A DNA stretch of 63,465 nucleotides, counting the filler, from Craspedostauros australis (taxonomy: Eukaryota), in NCBI GenBank assembly GCA_030167865.1. It is 10 parts of 10 records of this genome, joined end to end, with 100 filler letters (N's around TTAATTAATTAA, not from the genome) between each part and the next. Parts side by side here need not be neighbours in the genome. Positions count along the whole stretch, not along the records: positions 53,675 to 62,188 come from JALAGF010002939.1; positions 62,289 to 63,465 come from JALAGF010002940.1; 8 more parts are not named here. One strand, written 5' to 3'. The translations under genes were made by a program, and so were the position numbers. Of the stretch, positions 59,184 to 63,465 are shown piece after piece. Every line of letters begins with the position of its first letter. The first letter of the stretch is position 1. The notes under the pieces were generated by a model, which was not told the origin of the DNA, did no database searches, and worked only from the letters and a program-made list of their open reading frames with translations.

Positions 59184-60193
59184 TCGTGATACCCTACGAT
59201 ACAATGCAATGCGGCATGCTGCAATGTAATGGATTCGATGTGTCGGAATTCAATGCAAGCATGCAAGCGCGAACTTGCACGATGTGGACAATACTGGAGT
59301 ATATAGGACTAACGATTACAACAGCAACAACCACTACTTCCTTGAACACTTCACGCATTGGAGTTGCTATAATACTCTCTCTAGAATGGATTACGATTAT
59401 AGCAGGTCAACCAACTCTTGCACGCAATGACTTGGATTACTGTGCGGTTTTGTCGCTGTTTTCATTTCTCACGCCAACGAACATGGTCGATGCGAAAAGA
59501 ACACAAATGATCGGGATTGAACGGAACTCTCCATTCCCGATTATCAGTCTGTCATTTGACCGCATGCGGCATCCCATCACGACTCATGACCAGCCAAGTC
59601 CTTTGATGCCGTCTGCGAACACGAAAGAAACCGGGGAAGATCTCCACAAACAAGCGCAGAGACCACCAGAATCATCACACTCCTCACAACACCGCAACTA
59701 CCACCAACGACACAACCCACAGAACCAAAACAAGACAAGGAAGCGCACTGAAACCAACACACACACAGACGCAAACATCATCAACAGAATCCAAACGTGC
59801 CATCCACCTCCTCGTGTGCAGCTTCCATCCTCCGCCAGCCTGACGCAGCATCAGCAACATCCACACCAAGAGCATCTCCGAGAGCAGCATCAAAAGAAGC
59901 AGGGGAAGTGGAGGAAGCCGCATGCTCAGTTGCTTCAAAGCATTCGAAGCAGTTCATCACACGAACGACAACAAAACCCAGCCTTGGCACGTTTGACTCG
60001 CAACTCGTGACGCAAGACCGAACCACATCCAACTCTCTCATCCCATCCACCATCACACCATAATCCGCAAGCCGAACCAAACTGAAACCCAAAACTGAGC
60101 TCAACAGATCAAACTCGACAAACCAATCGATTATACTACTCCAACAGTACGGAAAGCAATCAGATCAGATCATCCTCGTTATCAACATCCATC

Positions 60194-60943
60194 ATGGCCA
60201 CTCGTTGCGCATTCGAAAACTCACATGAAATCGGGGTGTTCTCCGCCCTGACGAACGCATACTGCCTGGCAGGAATCGGAGGTTCCGAGAACTTTTACTC
60301 CGTGCTGGAGGCGGAGCTCAGCGAGCACATCCCCGTGCTGCATGCCACCATCGGAGGCAACCGCTTCGTCGGCCGCGTCACGGTCGGCAACGTCCGCGGC
60401 CTCCTCGTCCCCACCACCACCACCGACCTCGAACTGCAACACCTCCGCAACTCCCTGCCCGATTCCGTGGTCGTGCAGCGCGTTGAGGAGCGTCTCTCGG
60501 CGCTCGGCAACATTGTCGCCACCAACGATCACGTCGCCCTCATCCATCCCGACGTCGATCGCGAAACGGAGGATGTCATCGCCGACGTCCTGGGCGTGGA
60601 AGTCTTCCGACAGACGGTCGGCGGCCAAGCCCTCGTGGGATCCTACAGCAAATTCACCAACCAGGGCGGCATGGTGCACCCGCGAACGACGGTGCAGGAT
60701 ATGGAGGAGCTGTCGTCGCTGCTGCAGGTACCGCTCGTGGCCGGCACAGTCAACCGAGGTTCCGACGTGCTAGGCGGAGGCATGGTGGTCAACGATTGGT
60801 GCGCTTTCACGGGCCTCGATACGACTGGTACAGAAATCTCCGTCATGGAATCCATCTTCAAGCTTCAGAACCAGCACCAGCAGAACATGCAGTCCGATAT
60901 CGTCACCAACATGCGAAGTTCGCTGATCGATCAGCTGTCGTAA
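60194..60943 (+). CDS. EIF6: Eukaryotic translation initiation factor 6
   Basis: [26 protein letters not shown] and [12 protein letters not shown]; 249 aa. Confidence 0.97.
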   Translation: MATRCAFENSHEIGVFSALTNAYCLAGIGGSENFYSVLEAELSEHIPVLHATIGGNRFVGRVTVGNVRGLLVPTTTTDLELQHLRNSLPDSVVVQRVEERLSALGNIVATNDHVALIHPDVDRETEDVIADVLGVEVFRQTVGGQALVGSYSKFTNQGGMVHPRTTVQDMEELSSLLQVPLVAGTVNRGSDVLGGGMVVNDWCAFTGLDTTGTEISVMESIFKLQNQHQQNMQSDIVTNMRSSLIDQLS

Positions 60944-61449
60944 TTGCAAGCGGTCCAACATGCTCTCCGGAGAGAGGGTGTAATGGTATTGTAGAATACA
61001 TACAGGCCTAGTGCAATTTACACGTTCGACTCCTCGTGTGGTACTCGTGCACTACAAGTCTTGCTCTGGGACGACGTTGAGAGCCTACCAATATGCCTGC
61101 AGGCTACGAGCCAGAGTTGTGCTTTGACCCAGAATGGATGTGCATGGGAGATGGGACGTGTCCCCAACTGAAGGAGGCATTGTGGTTTCTACATTCCCAG
61201 CCGAAAAGTTGTACAAAGCAGAGTACATACTAAACAGCTTGTCATGGAAGCAATGTAGTACTAGTAGTACTGTATCACACATAATTTGATAGGAGCGTTG
61301 TCTATTACAGTGATTAGATCGTTGACATTGACAACTGGTGTGGAGTGCCTCAAGTGGAGCACCTCGTGCTGCTGGCAGAGTACGATTGATACCGCGATGT
61401 GCCGCCTTAACAACATCCGAAGTTCTGGAGTAACGCCCACCTCAAGTGC

Positions 61450-62177
61450 TCACTTGCAACCCTTGCAAGCAGACGAAGTGTCACACATCTTCGTGCGTTT
61501 CCGTCTCGGAGGCCAGGCGACTCCCATTCGCGTGACCGTCGTCTCGCCGTCGCTGTCATCAGACCCGGATCCATCCTTCCTCATGTCTGTCGTGGTGCTA
61601 CCGATGCTGCAACCTCCACTGCCAACTCGGTTTCTCATGACCGCTGCCACGGCGGATCCAGAAACAGATGCACCTGTGCCACTTATACCGCTACCATCAC
61701 CGTCTGATAGATAGGTTTGCGCCTGGATGGTCTTTTCCAATTCCCGCTTGCGTCGAAACCCGTGAGATACTTTCTCTCGTGCGGCCTCGTCGGAAGCAGT
61801 CACCCACATTTCATCTTCATCACGCCTCAGAAACTTCGCAGGGGTGGCCTTCACCAGCTTCACAATCTTCTCTGCCAGCTCCGTCTTCTCCTTCCGCCCT
61901 CCGTTGTTGTATTCATCGTAATGAGCAGCCAAGATATCGTGCAACCGGCGGTTTCCGGGATGACCTTGGAACGGCTTGCCGCGCCCTAACAGGACATCGC
62001 AAAGCGACGGAACTTCGACAGTGTTTCGGTACTTCTCCGGATCTTGATCCCGGAGCTTTCGGCGGGCGATCCATTTGAAGAAACCACCCTTCTTCCATTC
62101 ACCACGCGTGGTCACCGGGAACGACCGGACAGGCAACCCGAATGACATTAGGATGTAGTGCACTTCCTGATGCGTGC
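61450..62177 (-). CDS. DUF6824-domain protein, last exon only (5'-truncated)
   Basis: DVLLGRG...HPGN, KFLR...W and AREKVSHGFR; a CAG acceptor precedes THQEVHY. Confidence 0.82.
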
Positions 62178-62188
62178 CTGCGAGCCAT

Positions 62189-62288
62189 NNNNNNNNNNNN
62201 NNNNNNNNNNNNNNNNNNNNNNNNNNNNNNNNTTAATTAATTAANNNNNNNNNNNNNNNNNNNNNNNNNNNNNNNNNNNNNNNNNNNN
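62189..62288. other. Artificial contig-joining spacer
   Basis: 44 N + TTAATTAATTAA + 44 N. Confidence 0.98.
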
Positions 62289-63313
62289 AGTCTTTACGAA
62301 TGGGACACTCCTAGTCCGAAAGGGTATCATCACCGAGCGCATCAACATACGCCGGATCACCCCGTTCTTCGAGTAGTGCCCATCGGGAAGCGAATGACCT
62401 AGACTGATAACTAGCTAGAATATCCTAGTCTCCCAATTGAGTCCAGTCATGTATCTACTGTTGCCAGCACTGGATCGAGTCCGGTAACGTCCGTGACTGA
62501 GACCAGTCAGTCGAGTCCAACCATGCGAGACTCAACTCAGTCGTAACTGCAGGGCCAACATATGGAAAACATGCCACNACCAAACTTGATGCCAAAACAT
62601 GGAAGCAAGTAAATGAGCGACCAGGTGGCGCAGGTTTGGAATTCAGGCGTGGTTCTTGGAACAGGCACGGANTAAGCAGAGACGGCATGGCAGAGTGCGC
62701 TACTTGTGGAGTAACGCAAAGTAGAGCAGGTGGAGGCAAGAAGGAAGGAAGGTAATCATAATCTACAATTATCCCTCAATCGTCTGCTGGCATAAGGCAC
62801 ACACCAACATGAAAGCGGAGGCACACCAAAAAGCCTCCACAATGGCCGTCCAATGGTATGCTTGGCGCCGCAACAACCAGCTGACCAATCCAAGGTCCAA
62901 GAACATTTCCGTCACCTCCACGCAACGTTTGGTGGGTGGACGAACAGAGGTGGGAAGAGGGGTTGATTTGGGGCCGTCGTAGGCCCTGGAAATACAGCCA
63001 CAATTTGGCTCCAAATCGGCTCGTTGGTTTTGGCCTGTGTGTGGCACACACAAGTCATATCAGCGCCTACGGATGGGCAAGACGCCTCAGAAAGGGCAAG
63101 AAGAAGGTGCCCTCGAAGTTTGAGGCTCGCGGAACACCGGGAAGGTGTCCGCGTGGAGAGAAAGGTGGTTTTGAGAAGTTTTGGTTGGGGCTTGTGTGGC
63201 ACTGGTCACGTGGCTTTGGCTGTGAGGGGCAATGGGAAGACGCCCCTCAATCGCCAAGCCACCCATACAAGATGTGTCGAGATGTACATGTGAATATACG
63301 TCAAGATGTACGT

Positions 63314-63458
63314 ATATATGTGCATCGTTCACCCCTTTATTCTCTCATGCGCACTTGGACGGTATAACTACATTCGTGTCAATAGTATACTGTGATTCGT
63401 CAGAATTACAGCGGAAATGGAACACACAAAAAGGGGCAAGATTTCTGGAGGAAATTTG
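63314..63458 (-). repeat. Dispersed non-coding element family 2, copy Y
   Basis: Reverse-complement match to 48981-49126. Confidence 0.75.
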
Positions 63459-63465
63459 CAAATAA

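Noticed and set aside
59093..60063. ORFs between the BTB gene and eIF6
   Set aside because: Non-ATG starts and CA-rich UTR/promoter-like composition.
62289..63300. LTR or degenerate TE coding remnant
   Set aside because: No PBS, PPT, paired LTR or protein motif that I could support.

Overview
Eukaryotic nuclear DNA, almost certainly a diatom: GT-AG introns, DUF6824, a class C GPCR, an M11 peptidase and a Copia element. The window is not contiguous. It is ten contig pieces joined by artificial 100-nt spacers (44 N + TTAATTAATTAA + 44 N), so adjacency across a spacer means nothing. I can support about 25 genes or gene fragments. They include an M11 metalloprotease, two ankyrin proteins, a FAAL domain, PTGES2, a DEAD-box helicase, PhoD, a phytase-like phosphatase, a GPCR, a sulfotransferase-like protein, two transporters, borealin, a twin-CX9C protein, a BTB protein, eIF6 and DUF6824. 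A mariner transposase and a Copia gag-pol fragment are also present. The most notable observations are: (1) a near-identical 102-bp ankyrin array that varies almost only at the positions randomised in engineered DARPins; (2) a head-to-head PhoD / phytase-like phosphatase pair sharing a promoter with eight GAATCT boxes; (3) silaffin-like KxxK/RxL modules inside secreted enzymes; (4) two unannotated ~150-175 bp non-coding elements, each present twice with conserved blocks at fixed spacing. All calls come from reading motifs by eye; no searches were run.
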